From Candidatus Levyibacteriota bacterium (GTDB taxonomy: Bacteria > Patescibacteriota > Microgenomatia > Levybacterales > UBA12049): 64,000 bases of DNA. This document shows, piece by piece, positions 38,314 through 47,888 of this stretch. Each line of letters begins with the position of its first letter. Position 1 is the stretch's first letter. Location of the stretch: NCBI GenBank assembly GCA_016182235.1, contig JACOXT010000003.1:322209-386208 (forward strand), read 5' to 3'. The position numbers and the translations under genes were made by a program. The notes under the pieces are model-generated. The model worked only from the letters and a program-made list of their open reading frames with translations. It was not told the origin of the DNA and searched no databases.

Positions 38314-39813
38314 ATGAAAAGACTGTTTGTTTTTTGCGGATTGTTGATTATATTGACAATTGGTTCTTGGCTTAGATTAAGTGGAATTATAGATAATTCA
38401 TTTGCATTTACTTACGATGTCGGACGAGATATGCTTGCTCTTGAAGATATAGTAATTAATCATAAAATTACTCTTATCGGACAAACAACAGGGGTGGAAG
38501 GCATTTTTTATGGACCGTGGTGGTACTTCATACTGAGTATACCGTTTATTGTCTTTTCGGGTAACCCACAAGGGATCGCATTTTTCATGGGACTTATTGG
38601 AATTAGCTCTATCCTGCTAGGATATGTTATCGGAAAAAAGATAGGTGGAGTATTTCTAGGCGTAGTTTCTTCAGCTTTTATTAGCATTTCTCCCTTAATG
38701 ATTCTGTCTTCTACCCAAATATGGAATCCAAATTTAATACCCTTCTTTGTTTTACTTGTTTTCCTGATGATTTATAAACTCTTTTTCGATAACAAATCTA
38801 AAATTCCCAAAGCTATATATTTTGCACTTCTTGGGTTATTGTTAGGAATCGTCATAGATCTGGAGATAGTATTTGGACTCTTATTTTTTCTGGGCATTTC
38901 TATATCCTTAATTCTTATTTATAGAAAAAGTTTGAGAATTAAAGAGATGCTTTTTTTTGTCATGGGATTATTAATTATTTTTTCGCCACGAATTATCTTT
39001 GAAGTTAGGCATGATTTTTTAATGACCAAAACGCTTGGTGGCTTTCTTAGTGGCGGATTCATGTCTTCTAAGCAGTTTTCGATTTTTGATGCATTCTTCA
39101 GTAGTCTAAGTTCTTTATTCAATATGTGGAATGCTGTATTGGCGGGGCAAAGTAAAACAGTTGGTTTTATTTTAATAATATTCTCTTTTTTAATCGTGTT
39201 ATTGTTTCACAAAAAAATGGGGCTGATAGAGAAGCAATTAGTAAAGACTATTTTAATCATAATTGGAATTTTCTTAATAGGTCTTACTTTTTTTAATCAG
39301 GCTGTTTGGCCTCATTATCTTGTTGGTATACCAGTTTTTTATCTTCTTCTTTTTAGCTTAAGTATTAACGCTATAAGAATTGTTCTTAAAAGCTCCTGGA
39401 TTATTTACATTATATTGTTTGTTTTATTTTGGATCAATCTAAATCCTTTGCAAGTTTTAGGAAGCTTTAAGAATCCTTTATGGGAGGGAGATGCCGCAGT
39501 ATACCGCAATCAGCTGGCAGTAATTGATTATGTTTATAATCAGGCAGAAGGAAAAAATTTTAAATATATTGTTTATACACCAGCCGTACATGATTATACT
39601 TATCGCTATATGTTTTCTTGGTATGGAAAAAGGAAATACGGTTATGTCCCTGCCCAAAAAAGTCCGGAATTATTTTATGTGATATTGGAGCCCGACCATG
39701 ATTTGCCGTTTAGATTAAAAGATTGGTTAAAAGACAGGGAAAATGATGGAACAATACAAAAAGAAAAAATAGTAAAAGGAGGAATAATCGTTCAAACCAG
39801 GATAAGTAAATAA
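38314..39813 (+). CDS. GT-C membrane glycosyltransferase, D-x-x-RD subfamily
   Basis: FTYDVGRD, ITLIGQTTGVEGIFYGPWWYF, GNP, IWNPN, FEVRHDF. Confidence 0.8.
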   Translation: MKRLFVFCGLLIILTIGSWLRLSGIIDNSFAFTYDVGRDMLALEDIVINHKITLIGQTTGVEGIFYGPWWYFILSIPFIVFSGNPQGIAFFMGLIGISSILLGYVIGKKIGGVFLGVVSSAFISISPLMILSSTQIWNPNLIPFFVLLVFLMIYKLFFDNKSKIPKAIYFALLGLLLGIVIDLEIVFGLLFFLGISISLILIYRKSLRIKEMLFFVMGLLIIFSPRIIFEVRHDFLMTKTLGGFLSGGFMSSKQFSIFDAFFSSLSSLFNMWNAVLAGQSKTVGFILIIFSFLIVLLFHKKMGLIEKQLVKTILIIIGIFLIGLTFFNQAVWPHYLVGIPVFYLLLFSLSINAIRIVLKSSWIIYIILFVLFWINLNPLQVLGSFKNPLWEGDAAVYRNQLAVIDYVYNQAEGKNFKYIVYTPAVHDYTYRYMFSWYGKRKYGYVPAQKSPELFYVILEPDHDLPFRLKDWLKDRENDGTIQKEKIVKGGIIVQTRISK

Positions 39814-39820
39814 CTAATAA

Positions 39821-41320
39821 ATGAAGAAAAGAATTAATCTTATTTTTTTTATCATTATTTTACTTTTGGGAATTGGACTAAGAGCGCAAGAGACTATATC
39901 CCACAACTTTTTATTTCTTCTAGATCAGGGAAGAGACATGACGGCAGTTAAGGGAATTATATATGATAATCACCTAACTCTCATTGGGCCTTCTACTAGT
40001 TTGCGTGGAGTATTTCAGGGGCCATTATGGTACTATCTTTTAGCGATCCCAACAATTATATTGGCTGGTAATCCATGGGGAACTGTAGTCTTGATGTTTA
40101 TGATAAGCGTTGGGGTTCTTATTGTCGCATACCTCTGGACAAAAAATATTTTTGGGGAAAAAGCGGCAATTTTTACTCTTTTTCTATTTGCTATATCTCC
40201 TGAGGCGGTTGCTGCCGCAACATATACATGGAATCCTCATCCCATGTGGCTTCTTGTAACTCTTTTTATGTTTTCTTTCTTCGAGTTGGTTGGTCGTGGG
40301 AAGAAAAAGTTTCATTTAGTAGTTTGGCCATTAGTTGGATTGATGTTTCATTTTCAAACAGCTCTTGCTGTCTTCATTCTAGTTGGAAGTTTGGTTTATC
40401 TTTTCTTTTTTAAAAGGAAAAGTATTATTCAAAAACAATTTATTTTTGGAATATTGATAAGTAGCATTTTTTTTATCCCTCAAATAGCGTTCGAGTTCAG
40501 ACACGACTTTTTAATGACTAAATCGGTTTTGAATATTTTTTTAGGGCAGGATCAGGGTCTTTTTGTTGGAGGAGAAAGTAGAAGTTATTTTGATTTAATT
40601 GGCAGAAATATATCGGTTTTTTATTATAATTTTGGAACGTCATTTGTTAGAGATGGCTATTTGAAAGATTCGCCAAAATTAGCACTAATGGCTATTGTTG
40701 TGTGTTTAGTATTCCGGAAAAAACTTTCCATATTTACTAAAAAAGAATGGGATTTTGTTTGTATAATATTAGGCTTAGTGAGTATAATTGCTATTCTTAG
40801 TTTTATATATCCGTTCCCGCTTCGTTATTGGTTTTTAACAGGAGTTCAATCTTTTTATTTAATCCCTTTCGGAGTGTTATTGGGTAAGCTTTGGAATGCT
40901 AGAATTGGTAAAATTGCTATAATTTCTCTTTTTGTTATTTTTACTTTTTATTCTTTACAAAAGATTAACTCTTTATATTTTCATCCTCCAAATGATGGCG
41001 GAAAAGAAAAGATAAAAGGTAAATTAAGCGCAATTGATTATGTTTATAGCGATGCTAAAGGAAAGGATTTTGGTCTTTTAATTTTTACACCTGCAGTTTA
41101 TACAGACGCCTATGATTATCTGATATGGTGGCATGGAAAGAGAAAATATAACTATATTCCTTATTTAGCTAAGAAAGGAACATTTTATTTATTAATGGAG
41201 AAAGATACGTCAAAGCCCTGGAGCTATAAAGGATGGCTTGAAACAGTAATAAAGACAGGTAACGTCTTGAAAGAAACGACTTTACCAGTTGGACTTATTA
41301 TTCAGAAGAGATCAATATAG
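39821..41320 (+). CDS. GT-C membrane glycosyltransferase, D-x-x-RD subfamily
   Basis: FLLDQGRD, LTLIGPSTSLRGVFQGPLWYYL, GNP, TWNPH, FEFRHDF. Confidence 0.8.
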   Translation: MKKRINLIFFIIILLLGIGLRAQETISHNFLFLLDQGRDMTAVKGIIYDNHLTLIGPSTSLRGVFQGPLWYYLLAIPTIILAGNPWGTVVLMFMISVGVLIVAYLWTKNIFGEKAAIFTLFLFAISPEAVAAATYTWNPHPMWLLVTLFMFSFFELVGRGKKKFHLVVWPLVGLMFHFQTALAVFILVGSLVYLFFFKRKSIIQKQFIFGILISSIFFIPQIAFEFRHDFLMTKSVLNIFLGQDQGLFVGGESRSYFDLIGRNISVFYYNFGTSFVRDGYLKDSPKLALMAIVVCLVFRKKLSIFTKKEWDFVCIILGLVSIIAILSFIYPFPLRYWFLTGVQSFYLIPFGVLLGKLWNARIGKIAIISLFVIFTFYSLQKINSLYFHPPNDGGKEKIKGKLSAIDYVYSDAKGKDFGLLIFTPAVYTDAYDYLIWWHGKRKYNYIPYLAKKGTFYLLMEKDTSKPWSYKGWLETVIKTGNVLKETTLPVGLIIQKRSI

Positions 41321-41331
41321 GAAATACACAT

Positions 41332-42984
41332 ATGCTTTATAAGAAATATTTATTTCTTTGGCTAATTATTCTTATCTCGTTTATTACCATAACTGATCTA
41401 TTTAGACCAGGCTTGCCTGTGACTCACGACGGCCAAGACCACGTCGCAAGAATAGCAAATTTTTATCAAAATCTAACTGAGGGAAATATTATTCCTAGAT
41501 GGGCAGGAAACCTTAACTGGGGATACGGGCATCCGATATTGGAATTTTTGTATCCTCTCCCATCATATTTTGCTTCAATATTCCATTTTCTAGGATTTAC
41601 TTTAGTTGATAGCTTAAAACTAGTTTTTGGCGTTTCTTTTGTTTTAAGCGGAGTAACAATGTATGTCTTTATTAGGGAATTGTTAAGGGATGAAAAAGCC
41701 GCCTTCTTGGCAGGCTTACTTTACGTAATTGCTCCGTACAGATTTGTTGATCTATATGTGCGCGGAGCCATCGGCGAGCATGTTGCATTTATCTTTCCGC
41801 CCCTCATATTTTACTTTCTTCTTAAACTAAGTAAGCGTTATTCTTGGTGGTACCTAATGGGAGGTGCGATTTCGTTTGCTGGACTTAACCTTGCTCATAA
41901 TGCAATCAGCCTCATGTTTATACTCCTATTTGGCTTGTTCGCATTGTTTTTACTTTTGCAATCAAAAAAGAAAATACAGCTCGGCAGTCAATATCTTGCG
42001 ACTATTCTTCTTGGTTTTGGATTATCGGCTTTTTTCTGGCTGCCTGCATTTATCGAAGGAAAATACACATTGCGTGATATTGTTACAGGGGGAGGAGAAT
42101 ATGCCAGAAGTTTTGTGGCCTGGAAAGACTTCTTCTTCGGTCAGTGGAGTTATGGGGGAACTTTGACTCTTAGTAAGCAAATAGGCATTGTACATTGGAT
42201 CGGTACATTTAGTAGTGTTATTGCCATATATTATCTATATAGAAATAAAAATAAACTTTGGATTTTGGGTTTGGGCAGTTTTCTCATCTTCTGGATAGCG
42301 CTGTTTTTGATGACGTCTGCTTCCGCTCCAATTTGGCAATCGGTCACTGTATTACAAAAGTTCCAATTCCCGTGGAGATTTCTCTCTCTCACAGTATTTG
42401 TGAGCGCTTTATTAGGTGCAATCGCATCATACGCGCTCCCAGATAAATATAAGAAAATTCTCTTATTAATATTTGTTTTGAGTTTGCTGTTGGCGAATAA
42501 AGATTATTGGCACGCAAATGGATACCTACATAAACCAGAAAGTTTTTATAATGTAATTTATGATAGCACTACTGACACGGGAGAAAGCTCGCCAATTTGG
42601 TCTATAAGATTCATGGAAAAAAGACCAAAAGCCCATATAGAGGTGATTAGCGGAGAAGCCGTTATTAAGGAGTTGAATAGAGAATCAACGCTTCATGCTT
42701 ATGAGATTGATGCGGCCGAGAAATCAAGGATAGTAGAAAATACTCTTTACTTTCCTGGGTGGAATGTTTTTCTAGAAGGTAAGGAGACAAAGATAGAATT
42801 TCAAGACCCTCAAAATAGGGGACTTATAACTTTTTTCTTAGAAAAAGGCAAGCACGAGGTTGTTATTAGGTTTAAGGAAACAAAAGTGAGATTATTGGCT
42901 AATATTTTGAGCATAATTAGTTTGTTCCTAATAATAATTTTAAGTATACTTAACAAAAGCAGCATATGGCGACGATTTCGGTAG
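41332..42984 (+). CDS. PTPS-related GT-C membrane protein
   Basis: THDGQDHVAR, WGYGHP..EFLYP, PYRFVDLYVRGAIGE, AHN, FQFPWRF, YFPGW. Confidence 0.82.
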   Translation: MLYKKYLFLWLIILISFITITDLFRPGLPVTHDGQDHVARIANFYQNLTEGNIIPRWAGNLNWGYGHPILEFLYPLPSYFASIFHFLGFTLVDSLKLVFGVSFVLSGVTMYVFIRELLRDEKAAFLAGLLYVIAPYRFVDLYVRGAIGEHVAFIFPPLIFYFLLKLSKRYSWWYLMGGAISFAGLNLAHNAISLMFILLFGLFALFLLLQSKKKIQLGSQYLATILLGFGLSAFFWLPAFIEGKYTLRDIVTGGGEYARSFVAWKDFFFGQWSYGGTLTLSKQIGIVHWIGTFSSVIAIYYLYRNKNKLWILGLGSFLIFWIALFLMTSASAPIWQSVTVLQKFQFPWRFLSLTVFVSALLGAIASYALPDKYKKILLLIFVLSLLLANKDYWHANGYLHKPESFYNVIYDSTTDTGESSPIWSIRFMEKRPKAHIEVISGEAVIKELNRESTLHAYEIDAAEKSRIVENTLYFPGWNVFLEGKETKIEFQDPQNRGLITFFLEKGKHEVVIRFKETKVRLLANILSIISLFLIIILSILNKSSIWRRFR

Positions 42985-43742
42985 TATTGGCAACGTATAA
43001 CGAAGAAGAAAACTTGCCCTCGTGTTTGGATTCTGTTAAAGATTTGGCGAAGGAAATTATCATTGTGGACGGAGGGTCTAAGGATAAAACTGTTGAGATT
43101 GCAAAGAAATATGGTGCAAGAGTAAAGCTAACTGATAACCCCGCAATTTTTCATATCAATAAGCAAAAGGGAATTGATATGGCGACGAAAGACTGGGTTT
43201 TGCAACTGGACGCAGACGAAATAGTTACCCCATCACTTCGTGATGAAATTAAAGATAAAATATTAAATATCAAATATAAGGATATAAACGGGTATTGGAT
43301 TCCTAGGAAAAATTGGTTTTTGGGAAGATTTCTGATGAAGGGGGGGCAATACCCTGACTACACATTGCGCTTGTATCGTCGTGGTAAGGGACGCCTTCCT
43401 CAGAAAACTGTTCATGAGCAAGCAAAAGTCATAGGCGAAGTAGGTTATCTCACAAGTCCGCTTCTTCACTATCCTTATAAGAATTTTTATTCGTATTTAT
43501 TGAAATGGGGAAGATACACAGACCTGTTAGCAAGTCAAATAGAAGAGATGCTCAGGAGTAAGTCAATTGTTGCAAAAATTCTTTATGGCTTCGGTTACTC
43601 TTTAATAAAACCGATTCATTGGTTTTTGATCACTTATATAAGACATAAAGGATTTCTGGATCTCTGGCCGGGTTTTGTGTTTTCATTTTTTTCCGCATTA
43701 AGATTTCCTGTATCTTATCTTAAATTTATTAAAATTTTGTGA
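42966..43742 (+). CDS. GT2 glycosyltransferase (LgtF/WaaE-like)
   Basis: TYNEE, IVDGGSKDKT, WVLQLDADE, YPDYTLRL, VHE. Confidence 0.88.
   Translation: MATISVVLATYNEEENLPSCLDSVKDLAKEIIIVDGGSKDKTVEIAKKYGARVKLTDNPAIFHINKQKGIDMATKDWVLQLDADEIVTPSLRDEIKDKILNIKYKDINGYWIPRKNWFLGRFLMKGGQYPDYTLRLYRRGKGRLPQKTVHEQAKVIGEVGYLTSPLLHYPYKNFYSYLLKWGRYTDLLASQIEEMLRSKSIVAKILYGFGYSLIKPIHWFLITYIRHKGFLDLWPGFVFSFFSALRFPVSYLKFIKIL
43247..43281 (+). repeat. in-frame degenerate heptamer tract
   Basis: AATTAAA GATAAAA TATTAAA TATCAAA TATAAGG. Confidence 0.65.
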
Positions 43743-45244
43743 TAAATTATTTAAAAAAACAAAAACTACAGTTTTATGTTTTCCTAGGAATACTTTTATT
43801 GGGAATAGTTTTGAGATTTTATAATTATCCTTATAGATACTCTTTGGGTGAGGAGACCATTCGGGATGCAGTTATCGGGATAGAAGGAGCAAGGCAAATA
43901 CAATTTCCTCTTACAGGTTCTTTTTCATCTTTGGGTCCTTTTACGTTTGGTCCCTGGTATGCATACCAGCTTATTTTTTTTTATTTAATCTTTCCATTTA
44001 TATATTCGCCGTGGATTTATCTAAGTATTATTTCGATTATTTACATCTTTATAATGTACAAAATAGGAAGGCTTTTGGTAGGAGAATGGTTTGGTATAAT
44101 TTTGGCTTTACTTTCCGCGATCTCACCCACACAGATAATATCAGCAACACACTTAACAAGTCATAATAATACTAACTTATTTGCTGCATTAGCAGTTTGG
44201 ATTTTCTTAGTACTCATATCCGAAAACAAATCACGCTGGTGGGGCTTATTGTTGGGTTTTGTTATAGGAATTGGCATGAACCTGCATTTTCAGATGGGAG
44301 GGCTTTTGATACTTCCTCTGATTGCCCTTGCTTATAAAAGGAAATTATTAAACTTTTTATACAGTAGTTTGGGTGTAATTATTAGTTTTATTCCGATGTT
44401 AATTTTTGAAATGAACAATCATTGGTTTACAACTAGAAATATTTTCTTTTACTTAACAGAAGGTAAGAATGCTATTTACGTTCCGAATCGTTGGCTTTTT
44501 TATGTTCGGGATTTCTGGCCTTCTTTTTGGGCAGACGCATTAGGGATTCCTGTGTGGTTTGCAATTATAGTAATAACTATTTTTATATTAACCTTAGGGC
44601 GATTATATTATAAAAAGAAAATTCCGCTAGCTCTGACTTTGTTGGTCCTTGCTTTTCTTTTTAATTTCGTAATTCTTCGATACTATTGGGGACCGCGATT
44701 TTTTGGATATTTGAATTTCTTGAGACCTTTTGTATTTATCTTTACAGCTTTTGCGATTTATAACTTAAGATATAAACGATTGCTTATTGGATTAATTATA
44801 TTACCTTTTATTGTATATTTTTCATTTCCAAGAGTTGCTGATGAGCTAGGCAAAGATGGATTTACCATGCGAATATACAATGGGGTTGAGGAATTGGAGA
44901 AAAAATATCCAAACAAAGAATTTACTTTGCATACATGTTCAAAAGAATATAAGTCAAGTTATAACTCAGTTATTTTTTCAACTCTCTTCATTCTTGAATA
45001 TAAAAATAAATATAGCGATAAGGGTTTAAGGATCGGTATCAATAATGACTGTGAGTATCCCAAGCCAGATAATTTCAGCAATAACACAAAGGAAATTGAG
45101 AGTTACCCAATATTGAGTAGTCTTGGTATAGTTGATTTTTCGTTAGTTTCAGAATCTGCTATAGTTAAAGCAGGCTGGGAACCCATCTCACTTTCCTATC
45201 TTTACGATAGATATGCGAGGTGGTGGTTTAAAGAACAGCCCTAA
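43739..45244 (+). CDS. GT-C membrane glycosyltransferase, D-x-x-RD subfamily (E variant)
   Basis: LRFYNY, LGEETIRD, FPLTGSFSS.GPFTFGPWY.Y, HFQ, FEMNNHW. Confidence 0.75.
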   Translation: MINYLKKQKLQFYVFLGILLLGIVLRFYNYPYRYSLGEETIRDAVIGIEGARQIQFPLTGSFSSLGPFTFGPWYAYQLIFFYLIFPFIYSPWIYLSIISIIYIFIMYKIGRLLVGEWFGIILALLSAISPTQIISATHLTSHNNTNLFAALAVWIFLVLISENKSRWWGLLLGFVIGIGMNLHFQMGGLLILPLIALAYKRKLLNFLYSSLGVIISFIPMLIFEMNNHWFTTRNIFFYLTEGKNAIYVPNRWLFYVRDFWPSFWADALGIPVWFAIIVITIFILTLGRLYYKKKIPLALTLLVLAFLFNFVILRYYWGPRFFGYLNFLRPFVFIFTAFAIYNLRYKRLLIGLIILPFIVYFSFPRVADELGKDGFTMRIYNGVEELEKKYPNKEFTLHTCSKEYKSSYNSVIFSTLFILEYKNKYSDKGLRIGINNDCEYPKPDNFSNNTKEIESYPILSSLGIVDFSLVSESAIVKAGWEPISLSYLYDRYARWWFKEQP

Positions 45245-45251
45245 AATTAAT

Positions 45252-46238
45252 ATGAAAATTTTAGTTACCGGAGGAGCCGGATATATAGGAAGTTTTATGG
45301 TAAAAAGGCTTTTGGAAAGAGGGGATGAAGTTGTTATCTTGGATAGTTTAGAAAGAGGAAGAGAAGACGCGATTGATAAAAGAGCTAAATTTGCAAAAGC
45401 TGATATTTGGAATTGGAATGAGGTCGAATCTTTATTTGACAATGAAAAATTTGATTCTATTGTTCATTTTGCAGGATACATTTCAATGGAAGAATCAACA
45501 AAAGATCCTGGAATTTATTTCTACAAAAACTCAGGCGGAAGTCTTGAGATTCTAGAGCATGCCAGGAGACACAACGTATCTAAGTTTGTTTTTTCCTCAA
45601 CAGCCGGAGTATATGGAAGCCCAATAGAAATTCCTATACCTGAAAATCATCCAACAACACCCACTAACCCATATGGAGAGTCAAAACTAATGGTTGAAAG
45701 AATGCTTTCGTGGTATCAAAAGATTTATGGTCTGAATTTTGTTTCTCTTCGTTATTTTAACGCAGCTGGAGCATCGTTAGATGGAAATCTTGGAGAAAGA
45801 CACCAACCAGAAACGCATATAGTACCTCTTGCTATAAAAGCTGCAATAGGACAAAAAGAATTTAAGTTGTATGGGATAGATTACCCTACTAAAGATGGAA
45901 CATGTATCAGAGACTATATTCACGTTTTGGATCTGATTGAAGCACATGTTCTTGCTTTTGAGAAATTAGATAAAGAAAAAGGTGGATTTTTTTATAACGT
46001 TGGTACGGGAAAGGGGTATTCTAATAAAGAAGTTATAGCAATGATTGAGAAATTCAGTGGCTCTATAGTCAAAATAAAGACAGAGGGGAGAAGACAAGGA
46101 GACGCAGAAATTTTGATAGCGGATCCATCTAAAATAAAAAAAGAGTTAGGTTTTCAACCTAGATACTCAGATCTTGAAACAATTGTTAAGACAGCTTGGG
46201 AGTGGCACAAAAATTTAAAAATGAAAGATGAAAAATGA
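45252..46238 (+). CDS. galE: UDP-glucose 4-epimerase
   Basis: MKILVTGGAGYIGS, HFAG...EES, FSSTAGVYG, PYGESK, LRYFNAAGA, GERHQPETH, DGTCIRDYIHV.DL. ATG 45252 chosen. Confidence 0.93.
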   Translation: MKILVTGGAGYIGSFMVKRLLERGDEVVILDSLERGREDAIDKRAKFAKADIWNWNEVESLFDNEKFDSIVHFAGYISMEESTKDPGIYFYKNSGGSLEILEHARRHNVSKFVFSSTAGVYGSPIEIPIPENHPTTPTNPYGESKLMVERMLSWYQKIYGLNFVSLRYFNAAGASLDGNLGERHQPETHIVPLAIKAAIGQKEFKLYGIDYPTKDGTCIRDYIHVLDLIEAHVLAFEKLDKEKGGFFYNVGTGKGYSNKEVIAMIEKFSGSIVKIKTEGRRQGDAEILIADPSKIKKELGFQPRYSDLETIVKTAWEWHKNLKMKDEK

Positions 46239-46242
46239 AAAA
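46215..46242 (+). repeat. heptamer tract spanning the galE stop and the next start
   Basis: TTAAAAA TGAAAGA TGAAAAA TGAAAAA. Confidence 0.6.
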
Positions 46243-46758
46243 ATTTTCACAGGATTTATTATTTTGTTTTTTTTGTTAATCTTCGCAAAATCTCTTTTTG
46301 CAGCACCAGATTATGTACTTCCATATCCAGATGTGATGCCAGGAAGTAAGTTTTATAATATAAAATTAATATGGGAAAAGCTATCTAAATATTGGTATTT
46401 TGGGGACTTTGGGGGATTTAAATACAATTTAAAAATGTCAGATAAGTATATAATTGAAGCAAAGACACTTTTTGAGTATAAGCAATATCTATTGGGACTT
46501 GAGTCCCTTAAAAAATCTGACAAATTCTTTAAAGAAATTCCTGGTTATCTAGAACAGGAAAAAAACGAAAATAAGGATATCTCTCAAAATATAAGAATGT
46601 TGAGGGGGGCATCTTTAAAACATATAGAAGTTTTAGAGAAGCTAAAAAAAGATTCACCGGAATTTTTCCTTTGGCAACCTGAAAATTCTTCCCAAACAGA
46701 ACTTTATTTAAATAATGCGTTTATGGATTCTATAAATATTAGGAAGGGTAGCTTATGA
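46228..46758 (+). CDS. exported/membrane-anchored helical protein, possibly DUF5667-like
   Basis: N-terminal signal or TM segment followed by DYVLPYP.VMPGSKFY.IK. Confidence 0.6.
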   Translation: MKNEKIFTGFIILFFLLIFAKSLFAAPDYVLPYPDVMPGSKFYNIKLIWEKLSKYWYFGDFGGFKYNLKMSDKYIIEAKTLFEYKQYLLGLESLKKSDKFFKEIPGYLEQEKNENKDISQNIRMLRGASLKHIEVLEKLKKDSPEFFLWQPENSSQTELYLNNAFMDSINIRKGSL

Positions 46759-47888
46759 AAAGCTTCTTATTTATAGCTTATATAATTTTTTTATTTCTGT
46801 TTTTAATTTTTTCCTATCTTTTTATTGATCCAAATCTAGCATTTCTTAATAATTTATATACGGGTTTTGCTTATAATAATCGGATTTATGCAAGTTTTCT
46901 TTATATAGTCTTTATTTTAGTATTTTTTATATTTTATGGAATTTTTTATAAACTTATTCAAATAAAAAAAACACCTATTAAGGATATCTCGTTATCAATA
47001 GTAGCTTCCTTAGCAATTTTAATTTTCTCTTATCCAGTTTTTTTGTCATATGATATTTTTAATTATATCACCACCGCAAAAGTTTTATTTTTCTATCACG
47101 AGAATCCGTATATTGTTATGCCGATTGAATTTTTAGGTGACCCAAATCTTTCCTTTACTCATGCTGCAAATAAAATAGCACTTTATGGTCCGGTCTGGAT
47201 CCTATTAACGGGAATTCCTTACATTATAACCTTTTACAGTTTTATCTTTACGCTTTTTAGTTTCAAATTATTCATTAGCTTATTTTATATTCTATCTATC
47301 TTTCTTATTTTTAGAATAACTAAGAATTTATTTTCAGTTTTTTTATTCTCACTTAATCCCTTAGTTGTCGTAGAGATTCTAGTAGGCGGTCATAATGATA
47401 TCGTGATGATGGCATTTGTGTTACTGGCATTCAATTATGCTATTAACAAAAAGATAATTATTTCAGTTTTGTTTTTTGTTCTTTCCGTATTGATAAAATA
47501 CGCAACGATATTCCTATTGCCAGTCTTTGTATATCTTGTTTATGCGTCAATAAAAAGAAAAAAGGTTAATTGGGGAAAAATTTTTTATTGGTCGTGGGTT
47601 TTGATGTTTTCGGTTTTTTTATTTTCTTTTTTGAGGGAAGAAATTTATCCATGGTATGCTGTGTGGTTTTTAGTTTTTACCTGTTTAATACCAAATAGGA
47701 GAATATTTTTGTATATTTCCTTAGCTTTTTCTTTCGGATTACTCTTCAGATATGTTCCCTTTATGATCTCTGGAACACATGCAGGCTTAACGCCCATAAT
47801 TAAATCTGTTGTCACATTTATTCCTCCAAGTTTAGTGTTGGCTTATTTTCTGGTAAAAAAGTTATGGGGAAAACTTTATTATCAATAA
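46755..47888 (+). CDS. MptA/MptB- or GT87-like polyprenol-P-sugar-dependent GT-C
   Basis: S.DIFNY....K.....NPY..P, YGP.W, LNPLVVVEILVGGHNDIVMM, K, YPWY. Confidence 0.75.
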   Translation: MKSFLFIAYIIFLFLFLIFSYLFIDPNLAFLNNLYTGFAYNNRIYASFLYIVFILVFFIFYGIFYKLIQIKKTPIKDISLSIVASLAILIFSYPVFLSYDIFNYITTAKVLFFYHENPYIVMPIEFLGDPNLSFTHAANKIALYGPVWILLTGIPYIITFYSFIFTLFSFKLFISLFYILSIFLIFRITKNLFSVFLFSLNPLVVVEILVGGHNDIVMMAFVLLAFNYAINKKIIISVLFFVLSVLIKYATIFLLPVFVYLVYASIKRKKVNWGKIFYWSWVLMFSVFLFSFLREEIYPWYAVWFLVFTCLIPNRRIFLYISLAFSFGLLFRYVPFMISGTHAGLTPIIKSVVTFIPPSLVLAYFLVKKLWGKLYYQ

